64,000 bases of DNA from contig OZ219790.1 in assembly GCA_964291215.2 (NCBI GenBank), positions 1,888,001 to 1,952,000 on the forward strand, in the 5' to 3' direction. Each line of letters opens with the position of its first letter. Position 1 is the first letter of the stretch. The notes under the pieces were generated by a model that saw only the letters and a program-made list of their open reading frames with translations, was not told where the DNA came from and made no database searches. Positions 31,256 through 43,786 of this stretch are shown here, in pieces. The translations under genes and the position numbers were made by a program. This DNA comes from Alphaproteobacteria bacterium. Lineage in GTDB: Bacteria > Pseudomonadota > Alphaproteobacteria > MPNO01 > UBA830.

Positions 31256-32610
31256 GACGGGACGGGATCCGCTGCGTCGGAGATCGCATCAGCGATCTGG
31301 CCGACCACAACCTCGACGACGCCCGAGTCCTCGCCTTCAACCATGACCCGGATGACCGGCTCGGTCCCCGATTTCCTGACCAGCACCCGCCCGCCGGCCC
31401 CGAGTTGCCGCTCGCCGTTTCGGACAGCCCGGGCCACGGCTCCGTCGGCGAGCGAACGGTCGGCCACGGCCGGGATGTTGCGCAGAACCTGCGGCCACGG
31501 ATCAAAGCACCTGCCAACCTCACGTAGTGGCCGACCGGCAGCAACCATGATCGACAGCACCTGCAGCGCCGCGATCAGCCCGTCGCCGGTGGTGGAGTAG
31601 TCTCCGAGCACGATGTGGCCCGACTGCTCGCCGCCGATGTTGCACCCGCTTGAGCGCATGTGCTCGACGACATAGCGATCACCGACTGGCGCACGCACGA
31701 GCGTGAGGTCCAGATCGTCGAGAAACCTCTCGAGGCCGCGGTTGGACATGACGCTGGCAACGATCCCGTCCCCCGACAGGCGCCCTTCCTGGCGCCATGA
31801 ACGGGCGATCATGGCGAGGAGCTGATCGCCATCAAGCACCGTTCCGGCGTCGTCGGCAAGGACGACGCGGTCGGCGTCGCCGTCCAGTGAAATCCCGATA
31901 TCGGCGCCGCTGTCGCGGACCAGGCGACGCATGGCCTCGGGATGGGTGCTGCCGCAATCCCGGTTGATGTTCAGCCCGTCGGGCGAAACCCCGCAGGTCA
32001 CGACATCGGCGCCCAGCTCCCACAGCATGGCAGGCGCCACCTTGTAGGCGGCACCGTGGGCGCAGTCGAGCGCGATCTTCACCCCGTCGAGCCTGAACTC
32101 CCGCGGGAATATGGCCTTGACGAACTCGATGTAGCGCCCCTCGGCATCGCTAAGCCGCCGGGCCCGCCCGAGCCCGGACGGCGCCGCGAGGCCGTCCCTG
32201 ACGGCGGCGGCGACCAGATCCTCGATCTGCCCCTCGACCGCATCGGAAAGCTTGTGACCGTCGGGGCCGAAGAGCTTGATCCCGTTGTCCTGATAGGGAT
32301 TGTGCGAAGCCGAGATCATGACGCCGAGGTCGGCCCGCAGGCTGCGCGTCAGCATCGCCACGCCCGGCGTCGGCATCGGGCCGAGCAGGATGACATCCAT
32401 GCCGACCGCGGTAAAACCCGACATCAAGGCGGCCTCGAACATGTACCCGGAAAGGCGCGTGTCCTTGCCGATCACCACCGAATGGCGATGGTCACCGCGG
32501 GTCAGGAGGCTGCCGGCGGCCATGCCGAGCCGCAGCACCGTTTCCGCGGTCATCGGCTCGCGATTAACCCATCCGCGAAGGCCGTCGGTGCCGAACAGTC
32601 TAGCGGTCAT
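31252..32610 (-). CDS. glmM: Phosphoglucosamine mutase
   Basis: FGTDG, SASHNP, DGDADR, GGEQSGH, RKSGTEP. Confidence 0.97.
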   Translation of the reverse strand: MTARLFGTDGLRGWVNREPMTAETVLRLGMAAGSLLTRGDHRHSVVIGKDTRLSGYMFEAALMSGFTAVGMDVILLGPMPTPGVAMLTRSLRADLGVMISASHNPYQDNGIKLFGPDGHKLSDAVEGQIEDLVAAAVRDGLAAPSGLGRARRLSDAEGRYIEFVKAIFPREFRLDGVKIALDCAHGAAYKVAPAMLWELGADVVTCGVSPDGLNINRDCGSTHPEAMRRLVRDSGADIGISLDGDADRVVLADDAGTVLDGDQLLAMIARSWRQEGRLSGDGIVASVMSNRGLERFLDDLDLTLVRAPVGDRYVVEHMRSSGCNIGGEQSGHIVLGDYSTTGDGLIAALQVLSIMVAAGRPLREVGRCFDPWPQVLRNIPAVADRSLADGAVARAVRNGERQLGAGGRVLVRKSGTEPVIRVMVEGEDSGVVEVVVGQIADAISDAADPVPS

Positions 32611-33683
32611 CCATCCCGATCCTTCCCCACCGGCTTCGCACCGGACCCGCTCCAGTCTAGCATCAGCCGCTCACCCGCCACCGCCTGCCATACGGCGATT
32701 GCCTGGCGAATGTCCGCAACATCGTGCACGCGATGAAGCTGGACGCCCCGCGAAAGCGCGATTGCGGTCGCCATGACGGTCCCTGCAAGGCGGTCCGCGG
32801 GCCCGGCGACCTGCGCAAGCCGTCCAATGAAGCTCTTGCGCGAAACGCCGATCATCACCGCGCATCCCAGGCCATGGAACAAGGCGCCACGCTCCAGTAT
32901 CTCGACATTGTGTGCGTCCGTCTTGCCGAACCCGATCCCGGGGTCGACGGCGATGCGGTCGCGCCCGATGCCCGCGCTGACGCAGGCTTCGACCCTGCTC
33001 TCGAGCCAACCGATGACTTCAGCAGAAGCAAGCCTGTAGCGGGGCCTGTCCTGCATCGTCGCCGGCGTCCCCTGCATGTGCATCAGGACAACCGATGCCG
33101 ACGACCCGGCGACGGTTTCGAGCGCGGCCGCGTCGCCCGAGAGCGCCGTCACGTCATTGACGACGGAAACGCCGGCGGCGATGGCCTCGCGCATGACTTC
33201 GGCGCGCCACGTGTCGACGGATACCGGCAGCCCCGACCCAACGGCCGCCTCGACCACCGGCATTACGCGCCGGAGCTCCTCGCCGACGGAGATTTCCGCG
33301 GCGCCGGGGCGGGTCGATTGGCCGCCGATATCGACGATATCCGCACCGGCTTCCACCAACTCGGCCACCCGATCGATCGCCGACGCGGGATCGCTGAACC
33401 GCCCGCCGTCCGAGAAACTGTCCGGTGTGACGTTCACGACTGCGACGATGCGCGGCCGCTCAAGGCTGACGCCGGCAAATGGCGGGCGGGCGCTGGTCAG
33501 CGCCGCCACCCGCTCCGGAAACCGCCTGTCCGCCTCGGCCGCACCGAGGATCCCGAACGACGGCTCTCCCCCACCCGCGAGGCTGATCTCCTGATACTCG
33601 GCAAAGGACACCCAGCCGCCGGCCAGCGCCTGCTTGCCGCCATCCGCGAGGAGGCCAACCGGGTGCAGGACGGAATTCCTCAT
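32607..33683 (-). CDS. folP: Dihydropteroate synthase
   Basis: [33 protein letters not shown]. Confidence 0.95.
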   Translation of the reverse strand: MRNSVLHPVGLLADGGKQALAGGWVSFAEYQEISLAGGGEPSFGILGAAEADRRFPERVAALTSARPPFAGVSLERPRIVAVVNVTPDSFSDGGRFSDPASAIDRVAELVEAGADIVDIGGQSTRPGAAEISVGEELRRVMPVVEAAVGSGLPVSVDTWRAEVMREAIAAGVSVVNDVTALSGDAAALETVAGSSASVVLMHMQGTPATMQDRPRYRLASAEVIGWLESRVEACVSAGIGRDRIAVDPGIGFGKTDAHNVEILERGALFHGLGCAVMIGVSRKSFIGRLAQVAGPADRLAGTVMATAIALSRGVQLHRVHDVADIRQAIAVWQAVAGERLMLDWSGSGAKPVGKDRDG

Positions 33684-33756
33684 CAGCCGTTTCCCGGGAA
33701 AGCCGCCGTGCCCGCAGGCGCTGCGAACCACCCGGCCGGCAGCGGGCCGGCGCGGA

Positions 33757-35697
33757 TCAGCTCCCGGGCTGCGGTTCGGGCTCAAGCCCGCCCGTTGCGG
33801 GGCCGGCGCTCGACGACCGCCGGCCTCCGGAGGTCGGCACCGACGATTTCCGCCCGGGCGCCGGCGCAGCGCTGTCGTCGGACGGACGGACGATTTCCTC
33901 GCCGCGGAGCACCGCATCGACCTCTTCGCCGGACAGGCTCTCGAACTCGAGCAATGACCGGGCCAGAGTCTCAAGATCGTCACGGCGTTCGGTCAGCACC
34001 TTGCGAGCCGTCCCTTCGGCCTCGTCGATCAACTGCCGGATCTCGATATCGATCTTTTCCGCCGTCTTGTCCGACACGTTCTTGCGCTGCGTCACCGAGT
34101 GGCCGAGAAAGACCTCCTCCTCGTTGTCGGTGTAGCGCAGCGGCCCGAGATCGTCCGAGAACCCGAACTCCGTCACCATCCGGCGCGCAAGGTCGGTTGC
34201 CTGGCGGATATCGTCGCCTGCGCCCGTGGTCACGTTCTCGATGCCGAAAACCAGCTCCTCGGCAACGCGCCCGCCGAACATCATCGCCAGCCTCGACGTG
34301 AGCTCTACCTTGGAGAATCCGTAGCGGTCGCGTTCGGGCAGCGACATGGTGACGCCAAGCGCTCGTCCCCGCGGAATTATCGTGACCTTGTGAAGCGGGT
34401 CATGCTTGGGCACCGCAAGCGCAACGAGCGCGTGTCCGGCCTCGTGATAGGCGGTCAGGGCCTTCTCTTCCTCGGTCATGACCATCGAACGCCGCTCGGC
34501 GCCCATCAGCACCTTGTCCTTGGCGTCCTCGAAATCCGCCATCGTCACCAGCCGCTTGTTGCGCCGCGCCGCGAGCAGTGCCGCCTCGTTCACCAGGTTG
34601 GCGAGGTCGGCTCCCGAGAAACCCGGCGTTCCGCGCGCAATCACCTTGGCGTCGACATCCGGGCCCAGCGGCACCTTTGTCATGTGCACGCCAAGAATCT
34701 TCTCGCGCCCGAGAACATCCGGATTGGGCACGGTCACCTGGCGGTCGAAACGCCCCGGGCGCAGCAATGCCGGATCGAGCACATCGGGCCGGTTGGTTGC
34801 GGCGATCAGGATCACGCCCTCATTGGCCTCGAACCCGTCCATTTCCACCAGCAGCTGATTGAGGGTCTGCTCGCGCTCGTCGTTGCCCCCGCCGAGTCCG
34901 GCGCCGCGGTGGCGCCCGACCGCGTCTATTTCGTCGATGAAAATGATGCAGGGCGCATTTTTCTTGCCCTGTTCGAACATGTCGCGCACGCGGCTGGCGC
35001 CGACGCCGACAAACATCTCGACAAAGTCAGAACCCGATATCGTGAAGAACGGAACATTGGCCTCGCCGGCGATCGCCCGGGCGAGAAGCGTCTTGCCCGT
35101 CCCCGGGGGGCCAACCAGCAGCACGCCTTTCGGAATCTCTCCGCCGAGGCGCTGGAACTTCCGCGGATCGCGCAGGAATTCGACGACCTCCTCAAGTTCC
35201 TGCTTCGCTTCCTCGATGCCGGCGACATCCTCGAAGGTGACACGGCCGCTGCGCTCGGTCAGCAGCCGCGCGCGCGACTTGCCGAACCCCATCGCCTTGC
35301 CGCCACCGGACTGCATCTGGCGCATGAAGAAAATCCACACACCGATGAGAAGCAGCATCGGGAACCAGGATATCAGGATGTTGAGCAGCGACGGGGACCC
35401 GTCGTCGGCCGGCACCGCCCGGATCATGACGCCATTGCTGTGAAGCTTTTCGACGAGGCCCGGATCCTGCGGCGCGTAGGTCGAGAACGGCCGGCCGTCC
35501 TTGCGCACACCGACGATCTCGTTGCCCTTGATCGTGACTTCCCGAACCTGCCCAGCCTCGACATCGGCAAGGAATTCGGAGAAAGCGGTCGCCGTTTCGC
35601 CCGAACGCCCCGAGGGTTGCTGAAACAGGTTGAACAGGGCCACGAGGAGGAGCCCGATTATGACCCATAATGCGAGGTTCTTGCCAAAGTTGCCCAC
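33757..35697 (-). CDS. ftsH: ATP-dependent zinc metalloprotease FtsH
   Basis: Two TM segments, [26 protein letters not shown]. Confidence 0.98.
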   Translation of the reverse strand: MGNFGKNLALWVIIGLLLVALFNLFQQPSGRSGETATAFSEFLADVEAGQVREVTIKGNEIVGVRKDGRPFSTYAPQDPGLVEKLHSNGVMIRAVPADDGSPSLLNILISWFPMLLLIGVWIFFMRQMQSGGGKAMGFGKSRARLLTERSGRVTFEDVAGIEEAKQELEEVVEFLRDPRKFQRLGGEIPKGVLLVGPPGTGKTLLARAIAGEANVPFFTISGSDFVEMFVGVGASRVRDMFEQGKKNAPCIIFIDEIDAVGRHRGAGLGGGNDEREQTLNQLLVEMDGFEANEGVILIAATNRPDVLDPALLRPGRFDRQVTVPNPDVLGREKILGVHMTKVPLGPDVDAKVIARGTPGFSGADLANLVNEAALLAARRNKRLVTMADFEDAKDKVLMGAERRSMVMTEEEKALTAYHEAGHALVALAVPKHDPLHKVTIIPRGRALGVTMSLPERDRYGFSKVELTSRLAMMFGGRVAEELVFGIENVTTGAGDDIRQATDLARRMVTEFGFSDDLGPLRYTDNEEEVFLGHSVTQRKNVSDKTAEKIDIEIRQLIDEAEGTARKVLTERRDDLETLARSLLEFESLSGEEVDAVLRGEEIVRPSDDSAAPAPGRKSSVPTSGGRRSSSAGPATGGLEPEPQPGS

Positions 35698-35784
35698 AGA
35701 CGAGCGCTCCAACTGCAGAGTGGCAGGCGGCCTCCGGCCGCCCTTGCGCCGGTTCCGCACCGCGTCCTGTCCCTTACAGCAGCA

Positions 35785-37137
35785 TTAGATAATACACGGC
35801 TCCGATAATGCAAGTCTGAAGGCGGGGCCGCAAAGCGGCACCGACGGCCGGAACCGCACCGAAATCTGCGCTGCTGGCCCGTCCCCGCGCCGGTAGCCGA
35901 TCGAGGGGACCTCGGCAACTTGTCCGTCCGCCCACAGCGCAGGCAGGCCAAACAGCGCCGAGGCCGGAGGCAGGCGACGCAACGGCGCACCGGCGGTCTC
36001 CGCGATCGCCTGCCAGCCCGCCTCGCCGAGCGCGCTGATTCGCGCGTCCCGATGCGCCGCCGCACCGGCCGCCGAAACGGCGACCTCGAAACGACGGTCC
36101 CAGCGGAAGGCAGCGCAGCTGCCGAGTTCCCGCACCGCACCGATCGCCCGCGGTTCGCGGCAGACGCGAAATCCATTCCCCGCAGGCTCGACCAGGCAGC
36201 CTCCAAGCGTGTGCCGGCGCACCGGCCGGCCGATCTCGAGCGCCGCCGCCAGCCGCTCGAGCCGGCGGCTGCGCGGCTCGTAGCGCCATCCGCCCACCGT
36301 CCGCAGCACCGTCGACAGCAGGCGGCGCGCGAGCACCGGCGCAGCCTGGCGGAACGCCTCGCCGTCCACTTCCGCATATCCTTCCGGGAAAATCGCCACC
36401 GCGTGCCCGGCGAGATCGGCAAGCTCGCGTTCCCGCGCCGCCCGCACCCTGCCGAGCGCTGCCGCCACCCGGCCGATATCGTCTGCCCCGACACCGCGTT
36501 CGGCAAGCCGCATGGCGGTGTGGCGAATCCGGACGCGGGCAAATCTCCGGTCATCGTTGCTGGGATCGTCGAGCCAGTCCTGACCGGCAGCCTCGAGCGT
36601 CACCACCAGCCTGTCGCGCGGAATCGCAAGCAGCGGGCGGACGACACGCACCCCGTCGCGCAGCGCGACCGCAGACATCCCGGCAAGGCCGGCAACGCCG
36701 CTGCCGCGCTGCAGGCGCATGAGCAGGGTCTCGGCCTGATCGCCGAGATGATGAGCCAGCAACAGGTGTGCGAACCCGTGGTCGCGGCACCAGCGGACCA
36801 TCAATTCGTAACGGGCTGCACGCGCCGCCTGCTGGATGGCGGCGGACGGCTTGTCACCGCGCCATTCCAGAATCCGGTGCTCGATGCGCCGCGCCGCGCA
36901 CCATTCCGCGACCCTCGACGCCTCGTCGGCGGACTCCGCGCGGAGGCCGTGATCGACGGTCAGCGCGACAAGCCGAATGCCGGCGCCAGCGGCCCACCGC
37001 CCCGCCAGCACCAGAAGCGCCATGCTGTCGGGGCCGCCCGATACCGCAGCCGCCACCCTCGACCAGCCGCCGAACGGTCCCAGCGGAGCGACAAGAGCGC
37101 TGAACTCGGAAGCCTCGATTGGCCCGGTTACGCTCAC
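35785..37137 (-). CDS. tilS: tRNA(Ile)-lysidine synthetase
   Basis: SGGPDS, DHGLR, AHHLGDQAET, DPSN. Confidence 0.95.
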   Translation of the reverse strand: MSVTGPIEASEFSALVAPLGPFGGWSRVAAAVSGGPDSMALLVLAGRWAAGAGIRLVALTVDHGLRAESADEASRVAEWCAARRIEHRILEWRGDKPSAAIQQAARAARYELMVRWCRDHGFAHLLLAHHLGDQAETLLMRLQRGSGVAGLAGMSAVALRDGVRVVRPLLAIPRDRLVVTLEAAGQDWLDDPSNDDRRFARVRIRHTAMRLAERGVGADDIGRVAAALGRVRAARERELADLAGHAVAIFPEGYAEVDGEAFRQAAPVLARRLLSTVLRTVGGWRYEPRSRRLERLAAALEIGRPVRRHTLGGCLVEPAGNGFRVCREPRAIGAVRELGSCAAFRWDRRFEVAVSAAGAAAHRDARISALGEAGWQAIAETAGAPLRRLPPASALFGLPALWADGQVAEVPSIGYRRGDGPAAQISVRFRPSVPLCGPAFRLALSEPCII

Positions 37138-38105
37138 CGGCACTTGTTGCGGTTCTGCTCGTGCTCGATGCGCCTGCCGAGCCGCGGCGCAGCTCCGGGG
37201 AACCGTTCCGCAAGGGTCTTGAAGGCGGTGCATGCCTCCTTGCGCTTGCCGAGCTCGGCAAGCGCCATCCCGAGCCTGAGCAGCGTATCGGGCGCCTTCG
37301 AGCTTCGCAAGTGCTTGCGGAAGCCCTGGCCATAGGCCAAAGCCGCCTCGCGAAACTCCTTGCGCACGTAATGAGTCTCACCGAGCCAGTAATAGGCGTT
37401 GCCGGCCAGCCTGTGGCCGGCGTGGCGCTGGAGGAACTCCTGAAGCGCCTTCTCGGCCGTCGCATAGTCGTTCTTGTCCAGCATGAGGTCGAGGGCGAAG
37501 TCATACTGGACCTGCGGCGAACCTTCGGGAAGAACGGGTTCCGCCGGCGACGTCAGCGCCCCGGTTCCGGCCACAGCATCGGCGGCGGGGATGGTGCCGA
37601 GCACGCCCTCGGGCTTTCCAAGGACGGGACCGGCGGCCGGCGGAGCAGCAGGCAACTCGGCGGCTTCTGCGCCCTGTTCCGGCTGTGACAGGTCCGCCCC
37701 GCCGGCAACGACGGCCGGCGCCTTCTGCAGATCCGCCGCCAGCGCTTCGAGCCGGCTCAGCCTGTGATCGAGCTCTTCGACAAGACCGGTCAGTTTCCTG
37801 ATCTCGATTTCCAGCTGCGCGAGGCGGATCGAATTCCGGGCGCTGGTCTGCGGCGCATCCGCGGCCGGGCGCGAGGACGCAGCGGGTCGGTTCCCGTAGA
37901 CCTCCCGCTGCAGCGCACCAAGTTCGCGCTGCAATCGGTCAAGGCGGTTGACGAGCTCTCCGGTGTCCGTGGTCTGGGCCGCGGCGGCAACCGGATCCAG
38001 GAGTGCCGCGGTCGCCAGAACGCAGACCACACGGAACAACCGGCGGGGCCCGGCCCGGCGAAGATCCCGGCCATTTGCGATGCGCGCGCTGGAACAGGCC
38101 TTCAT
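37134..38105 (-). CDS. cpoB: Tol-Pal system TPR protein YbgF/CpoB
   Basis: Coiled coil plus TPR motif NAYYWLGE..KAPD.LLRLG; lies between pal and tilS. Confidence 0.92.
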   Translation of the reverse strand: MKACSSARIANGRDLRRAGPRRLFRVVCVLATAALLDPVAAAAQTTDTGELVNRLDRLQRELGALQREVYGNRPAASSRPAADAPQTSARNSIRLAQLEIEIRKLTGLVEELDHRLSRLEALAADLQKAPAVVAGGADLSQPEQGAEAAELPAAPPAAGPVLGKPEGVLGTIPAADAVAGTGALTSPAEPVLPEGSPQVQYDFALDLMLDKNDYATAEKALQEFLQRHAGHRLAGNAYYWLGETHYVRKEFREAALAYGQGFRKHLRSSKAPDTLLRLGMALAELGKRKEACTAFKTLAERFPGAAPRLGRRIEHEQNRNKCR

Positions 38106-38171
38106 GTCAACTGTTCCGACGGAGCCGCACGGTCTCTGCGGACACCACCGGCCGTATCCGGCCCCGGCCGC

Positions 38172-38714
38172 TCAGGTGGAGCCGCCTCCGACGACCGTCA
38201 CCGCACGCCGGTTGCGGGCCCAGGCATCCTCTGTCGAGGCGGGATCGACCGGCCGTTCCTTGCCGTAGCTGATGGTCGTGATGCGATCGGCCGCGACGCC
38301 GAGCGCTATCATGTAGTCGCGGACCGAATTCGCGCGCTGTTCGCCCAGCGCCAGGTTGTATTCCCGTGTGCCCCGCTCGTCCGCGTGTCCCTCGAGCATG
38401 ATCCTCACATCCGGATAGTCCCTCAGCCACACGACCTGGTTCTGGATGACGATCCGGGCCTCTTCCGACAGGTCGTGCCGGTTGAATCCGAAGAACACGC
38501 GATCCCCGACATTGGTAACGAAGTCCTCCGAACTGCCGGGGGCGCCGGCGCCGAGACGCTCCACGATCGGGCCGCTGTTGTCGACGACCGGCGCCTGGTC
38601 GACGGCCGGACCCTTCTGGCCATCGGCCACGCTGTCGGCGTCCTCGACCGGCGAAGACTCGCATGCTGCAAGAGCCAGCCCCGCGCACACGCAGGCTAAA
38701 TACACGAGTCGCAT
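38172..38714 (-). CDS. pal: Peptidoglycan-associated lipoprotein
   Basis: Lipobox LAAC, EGHADERGTREYNLALG, SYGKERP, NRRA. Confidence 0.96.
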   Translation of the reverse strand: MRLVYLACVCAGLALAACESSPVEDADSVADGQKGPAVDQAPVVDNSGPIVERLGAGAPGSSEDFVTNVGDRVFFGFNRHDLSEEARIVIQNQVVWLRDYPDVRIMLEGHADERGTREYNLALGEQRANSVRDYMIALGVAADRITTISYGKERPVDPASTEDAWARNRRAVTVVGGGST

Positions 38715-38892
38715 TGCGTTTGTTCCCTGATCGGTTGATGAAAAAGCGCCGGATCGGCCGACAAAACGTGACCGACCTGACCCCGATATTAGCCGCACCG
38801 GTGCCGCGGCTCAACACCCCGCGCAACGGCGGCGCCGGGCGTGACGCCCCCGCACCGCAGCAGCGGGCGCCCCGGATCCGTTTCTCGGCCGG

Positions 38893-40221
38893 TCACTTCA
38901 CGAGCGGCGACCATGCAGGATCCGAACCGCCCACCGGAGTTACCACCTCGCGTTCGTTATCGCCAGTAAGATCAATGGAATAGAGCTTGGGACCCGCCTG
39001 ATTGGGGGCCTGTCGGAAGAACATCAGCACCCTCCCGTTCGGCGCCCATGTCGGCCCTTCCACGAGAAAATCCTCGACCAGAATGCGCTCGTTCGAGCCG
39101 TCGGGACCGATGACACCGATGGCGAATCGGCCGTTCCTGATTCGGGTGAAGGCGATCTGGTCGCCGCGGGGCGACCAGACCGGCGTCGCGTAGCGGCCTT
39201 TACCGAAAGTGATCCGGCGAACACCACTGCCATCGGAATTCATGACGTAGATCTGCTGCGAGCCGCCACGGTCGGAATTGAACGTTATGCGGCGACCGTC
39301 AGGGGAATAGGAGGCCGACGTGTCGATCGCCGGATTGCGGGTCAACCGCCGGACCTTGCGGGTCCGCAGGTCCATCGCGTAGATCTCGGAATTGCCGTCC
39401 TGCGCCATGCTCATGACGACCTTGTTGCCGTCAGGAGAGAAGCGCGGAGCAAAAGTCATGCCCGGGAAATCCCCGATGACTTCCTGGCGCCGGGTGTCGA
39501 TATCGTAGAGATAGGCCCGCGGCCGGCCGGCCGTGTAGGACAGGTAGGTGATCTCCTGCGCCGTCGGCGAGAAACGCGGCGTCAGCACCAGCGCCCGCCC
39601 GTCGGTCAGGAACCTGTGATTCGCCCCGTCCTGATCCATGATGGCAAGCCTCTTGATCCGCGCCATCGGCGGACCGCTTTCCGAAATGTAGACGACGCGG
39701 GTATCGAAATACCCGTCCTCCCCGGTGATCCGCTTGTAGACCTCGTCGGCGATGATGTGCGCAACCCGCCGCCACTTGTCCGGCGTCGTGGTATAGGCGA
39801 CACCCGTCATCTGTACACCGCGGAAGACATCCCACAGCCGGACCTCGACCCTGAGCTGACCGCCGGGGCGGCGCTTGACGTCGCCCGCGACCAGGGCCTG
39901 AGCGTTGATCTGGCGCCAGTCCCCGAAGCGCGGCTGCACGGCCAGCGAGGCCGCCTCCTGTATGAATGCGCGGCGGTCGATGGGCCTGAAGAGCCCGGAT
40001 CTTGCAAGGTCGGCCGACACGACATCAGCGATCAGGCGGCCATGAGGCAGACCGGCCGGCCGGGGGTCGTGAAACACGGGCACCGCGATCGGGAGCGGCT
40101 CGACGGTGCCGCGCGTCATGTCGACCCGGATCTGGGCGTTGGCCGCGCCGGCGGCGCACAGTATCGCGGCCACGGTGACGAACAGCTGCAGAACTCTCCT
40201 GATTTCCGGCATAGCTTTCAT
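38893..40221 (-). CDS. tolB: Tol-Pal beta-propeller protein
   Basis: MDQDGAN and PD40 repeats (PRFSP, YSPDG, WSP). Confidence 0.96.
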   Translation of the reverse strand: MKAMPEIRRVLQLFVTVAAILCAAGAANAQIRVDMTRGTVEPLPIAVPVFHDPRPAGLPHGRLIADVVSADLARSGLFRPIDRRAFIQEAASLAVQPRFGDWRQINAQALVAGDVKRRPGGQLRVEVRLWDVFRGVQMTGVAYTTTPDKWRRVAHIIADEVYKRITGEDGYFDTRVVYISESGPPMARIKRLAIMDQDGANHRFLTDGRALVLTPRFSPTAQEITYLSYTAGRPRAYLYDIDTRRQEVIGDFPGMTFAPRFSPDGNKVVMSMAQDGNSEIYAMDLRTRKVRRLTRNPAIDTSASYSPDGRRITFNSDRGGSQQIYVMNSDGSGVRRITFGKGRYATPVWSPRGDQIAFTRIRNGRFAIGVIGPDGSNERILVEDFLVEGPTWAPNGRVLMFFRQAPNQAGPKLYSIDLTGDNEREVVTPVGGSDPAWSPLVK

Positions 40222-41120
40222 TCCCCAAGCATTTCCTTTGGATCGAAACTGAACACGACATCCTTCCAGATGTTGTACTGCCCGTAAGGCAGGTTGAAGG
40301 GCACGCAACGCGGGTCCCGCAGGGCCCGGAGCGCGCTTTCGGCCACGGCACGGTACACCTGATCGCTTGCGAGCCGGGCTGCATTCTCGACCACCGGACG
40401 GCCGGCGAGCGAGCCGTCAGGCTGCAGGCGTATGCGAATCGGAACCGTGATGCCGGCGACATCCTTGCCGCCGGCCGGAACGCTCCAGCATGGCTCGAGC
40501 TGGTGCCTGAGCTCGGCGATGATCACGGTTTCGTCGCCGCGACGCCGCTGCTGAAACCGCTCCTGGAGTGACGGCGTCGCCGCCGCGACTGCCTTCTCCT
40601 CGTCGGGCGCCGGTTTCGGTACCGGCGCGGCGATACGGTCCAGGTTCTTGAGGATCGTCCCCATCCGGTCTGGAGGCCTGGCGCGTGGCCTGGGCGGCTT
40701 CTTCGCCGCAACCTTCTTCACGGCCTTCGGCGACGGTTTCGTCTGGGGCTTGGGAGGCGGCGCCGGATCGGGCTCCGGCGGCGCCGGCTTGGCCCGGGGC
40801 TTCGGAACCGCGGCTGGTGCAGGAGCGGCTTCCGGGGGCACCGGCCGCGGTTCCGGGATCGTCAGCGCCGGCGACGGCGGCAGGGACGGCGCCTGCGGCG
40901 GTGCGGCCTTGGCCGCGGGCGGCGGCTTCGCGACCGGTGCGACAGGCTCAGGCCTGGCCGGCGGCCCTGTCGCTTCTAGTTCGGAAAGCGAGGCGATCTC
41001 GATGGCGACGGCGCCCATCTCGACGGGTTCGGGATCGAAGAGCCTGGGCAGGCCGAGCACCGCGAGCGCAAAGATGCAGACATGGAGCAGCACGGAAAGG
41101 AAGCTCCCGTATCCCATCAC
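40218..41120 (-). CDS. tolA: TolA-like energy transducer
   Basis: N-terminal TM with SVLLH, a Pro/Ala/Lys-rich linker, and C-terminal CW..AESA.RA..FDP. Confidence 0.88.
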   Translation of the reverse strand: MMGYGSFLSVLLHVCIFALAVLGLPRLFDPEPVEMGAVAIEIASLSELEATGPPARPEPVAPVAKPPPAAKAAPPQAPSLPPSPALTIPEPRPVPPEAAPAPAAVPKPRAKPAPPEPDPAPPPKPQTKPSPKAVKKVAAKKPPRPRARPPDRMGTILKNLDRIAAPVPKPAPDEEKAVAAATPSLQERFQQRRRGDETVIIAELRHQLEPCWSVPAGGKDVAGITVPIRIRLQPDGSLAGRPVVENAARLASDQVYRAVAESALRALRDPRCVPFNLPYGQYNIWKDVVFSFDPKEMLGE

Positions 41121-41581
41121 CTGCGCTCCCCGTCCTCTGCACCGCCAGCCGTCGCGCCGAAATCCGTGACCAGCGCGACGCGGCTGAAGCCGGCAAGGTT
41201 GAGCGTGCCCATCACCTCCATGACCTTGCCGTAGGCAAGCGCCTGATCGGCGCGAATGAAGATCCGCGTATCGCGGCGGATCTCGGTGATCGCCCGCAGC
41301 CGCGCGGCCAGCGAATCCAGCGCGACCCTGGTCTCCTGCAGGAATACCTCATTGTCGCGGTTGACCGTTATGACGAGCGGCTCGTCCTGCCCCACCATCT
41401 TCGACGCCTCGGTCTTCGGCAGGTCGACCGGCACCCCGGCAGTCAGGAGCGGCGCGGTGATCATGAATACCACGAGAAGCACCAGCATGACGTCGACCAG
41501 CGGAGTAACGTTGATCTCGCTCATGGGGACATATCCCTTGGCGCGGCCGTGACCGTTCCTGCCCGACGGAGCCATCGCCAT
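41117..41581 (-). CDS. tolR: TolR
   Basis: EINVTPLVDVMLVLL, VDLP. Confidence 0.95.
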   Translation of the reverse strand: MAMAPSGRNGHGRAKGYVPMSEINVTPLVDVMLVLLVVFMITAPLLTAGVPVDLPKTEASKMVGQDEPLVITVNRDNEVFLQETRVALDSLAARLRAITEIRRDTRIFIRADQALAYGKVMEVMGTLNLAGFSRVALVTDFGATAGGAEDGERR

Positions 41582-41584
41582 CGC

Positions 41585-42310
41585 TCAGTACCCCTCGTCG
41601 GAGCGGCGCGAGAGAATCGCGCCGAACTCGCCGGCGAACGATTCGAGCCGTGCCGCATAGCGGTTGATATCGTTCGACAGCTTGTTGTAGGCAATCACTG
41701 CGGGGATCGCGGCAACGAGGCCGAGCGCCGTTGCGAACAGCGCCTCCGCGATGCCGGGCGCAACGACGGCGAGCGACGTGTTCTTGGTCACCGCAATCGC
41801 GGTGAAGCTGTTCATGATCCCCCAGACGGTGCCGAACAGGCCGATGAACGGCGCCGTCGAGCCCACCGAGGCAAGAAAGGTCATGTAGCGCTCGACATGC
41901 TCGAGTTCGCGTGTGAGCGTCACCTGCATGACGCGATCGATGCGCTCCGAAAGGCTGCGCAGCGACTCCGTGCCGCGCAGCGCGCCATCGGTCGCCCGCC
42001 GCCATTCCCGCATCGCGGACACGAATATGGCCGACATCGGATCGTCGGGATGATCGCCGATCTTCTCGAACAGGTCGTCGAGCGATCCGCCTGACCAGAA
42101 CGTCCTCTCGAACTCGTTCGCGCGACGCCCCAGACGACGCATGCGGCCGAGCTTTTCGAAGATTATCGCCCAGCACCAGAATGAGGCCAGCAGAAGCGCG
42201 ATCATCACCGCCTTGACGACAATGTCGGCCTGCGCGAACAGGCCCACGAGCGACAGGTCCGCAGCGACCGAGCCGGCAAGCGGGACGGACTGTATGGCTG
42301 ATTGTTCCAT
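41585..42310 (-). CDS. tolQ: TolQ
   Basis: PFIGLFGTVWGIM, VAPGIAEALFATA. Confidence 0.96.
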   Translation of the reverse strand: MEQSAIQSVPLAGSVAADLSLVGLFAQADIVVKAVMIALLLASFWCWAIIFEKLGRMRRLGRRANEFERTFWSGGSLDDLFEKIGDHPDDPMSAIFVSAMREWRRATDGALRGTESLRSLSERIDRVMQVTLTRELEHVERYMTFLASVGSTAPFIGLFGTVWGIMNSFTAIAVTKNTSLAVVAPGIAEALFATALGLVAAIPAVIAYNKLSNDINRYAARLESFAGEFGAILSRRSDEGY

Positions 42311-42324
42311 GAGTTTCCTGTTCT

Positions 42325-42750
42325 TCAGCGCGACGACGGCGCGCGCGGCGCCATCCGGCGCAACTGGTCGGGAATGCGGGCCGGCCGGCCGTCGGAGCGG
42401 AGGCAGACTATCTGCAGAGTCATTTCGACGAGAACTTCGCTGCCCCGGCGTACGGTCTGTCTGAACCGCAGCCGGGCGGCTGACGCGCCGGCAAGCAGTG
42501 TATGCACCTCCACAAGATCATCAAGGCGGGCCGGCCTGAGGAACTCGGCCTCGCACCGGCGCACGGCAAAGGCGAGGCCGTCCCGCTCGAGAAGCCCGGC
42601 GTGATCGAAGCCGAGCGCGCGCATCAACTCGGTGCGCGCGCGCTCGGCGAAGCGGAGATAGGCGGTGTGGTAGACCACACCGTCGGCGTCGGTGTCCTCG
42701 TAATAGACCCGCGTCTCCGGCACATGCGCGTCGTGTTGCTCAGACATCAT
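42325..42750 (-). CDS. ybgC: Tol-Pal-associated acyl-CoA thioesterase
   Basis: [25 protein letters not shown]. Confidence 0.92.
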   Translation of the reverse strand: MMSEQHDAHVPETRVYYEDTDADGVVYHTAYLRFAERARTELMRALGFDHAGLLERDGLAFAVRRCEAEFLRPARLDDLVEVHTLLAGASAARLRFRQTVRRGSEVLVEMTLQIVCLRSDGRPARIPDQLRRMAPRAPSSR

Positions 42751-43786
42751 CACCACCGTCGCCGTCGACCGCCGGCAGATCGAGCTGGCCCTCGTGCTCT
42801 GCCGGCGCCGTGCGGCCGATATGCCTGAAGGCATGCACGGTCAGCACCCGGCCGCGCGGTGTGCGCTGGAGGAGCCCGCTCTGCAGCAGATAGGGTTCGA
42901 TGATCTCCTCGATCGCATCGCGCGGCTCCGACAGGGCGGCGGCCAGCGTCTCGATGCCGACCGGTCCGCCCCCGTAGTTGTCGGCGACGCAGGTCAGGTA
43001 GCGCCGGTCCATGGCGTCAAGCCCGAACCCGTCGACATCGAGCCTCCGCAGCGCCCGGTCGGCAACCGCGGCGGTTATCGTGTCTCCACCGGCGAAATCG
43101 CGTACGCGGCGCAGCAGGCGCAGGGCGATGCGCGGCGTGCCGCGCGAGCGTCCCGCAATCTCGGACGCACCGTCATCAGACACCGCGACCTTGAGGACCT
43201 GGCTGTTGCGCAGCACGATCGCGGACAGCGCCTCGACCGTGTAGAACTCGAGGCGCAGCGGAATGCCAAAGCGCTCGCGCAGCGGCGTCGTGAGAAGCCC
43301 GGACCGCGTGGTCGCGCCGATCAGCGTGAACTCGGCCAGTTCGATCTGCACCGACCGCGCCGCAGGTCCCTCGCCGATGATGAGGTCCAGCCTGAGATCT
43401 TCCATGGCCGGATAGAGGATCTCTTCCACCGCGGGGTTGAGCCGGTGTATCTCGTCGATGAAGAGCACCTCGCGCGGTTCCAGATTGGTCAGGATGGCCG
43501 CGAGGTCTCCGGCCTTCGCGATCACCGGCCCTGACGTCGCCCGGAACCCGGTCCCGAGCTCGTGCGCAACGATCTGCGCGAGCGTGGTCTTGCCGAGTCC
43601 CGGCGGCCCGTGGAACAGGACATGGTCAAGCGCCTCACCACGGTTGCGGGCGGCATCGACGAACACACGCAGGTTTTCCCGCAGCGCCTGCTGGCCGACG
43701 AATTGGCCAAGGCGCTGCGGCCGCAGCGAAACCTCCGCCACGTCCTCTTCGGCGAACGACGCGGCTATCTCGCGGCTGTCGCTCAT
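42740..43786 (-). CDS. ruvB: Holliday junction helicase RuvB
   Basis: [25 protein letters not shown]. Confidence 0.97.
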   Translation of the reverse strand: MSDSREIAASFAEEDVAEVSLRPQRLGQFVGQQALRENLRVFVDAARNRGEALDHVLFHGPPGLGKTTLAQIVAHELGTGFRATSGPVIAKAGDLAAILTNLEPREVLFIDEIHRLNPAVEEILYPAMEDLRLDLIIGEGPAARSVQIELAEFTLIGATTRSGLLTTPLRERFGIPLRLEFYTVEALSAIVLRNSQVLKVAVSDDGASEIAGRSRGTPRIALRLLRRVRDFAGGDTITAAVADRALRRLDVDGFGLDAMDRRYLTCVADNYGGGPVGIETLAAALSEPRDAIEEIIEPYLLQSGLLQRTPRGRVLTVHAFRHIGRTAPAEHEGQLDLPAVDGDGGDDV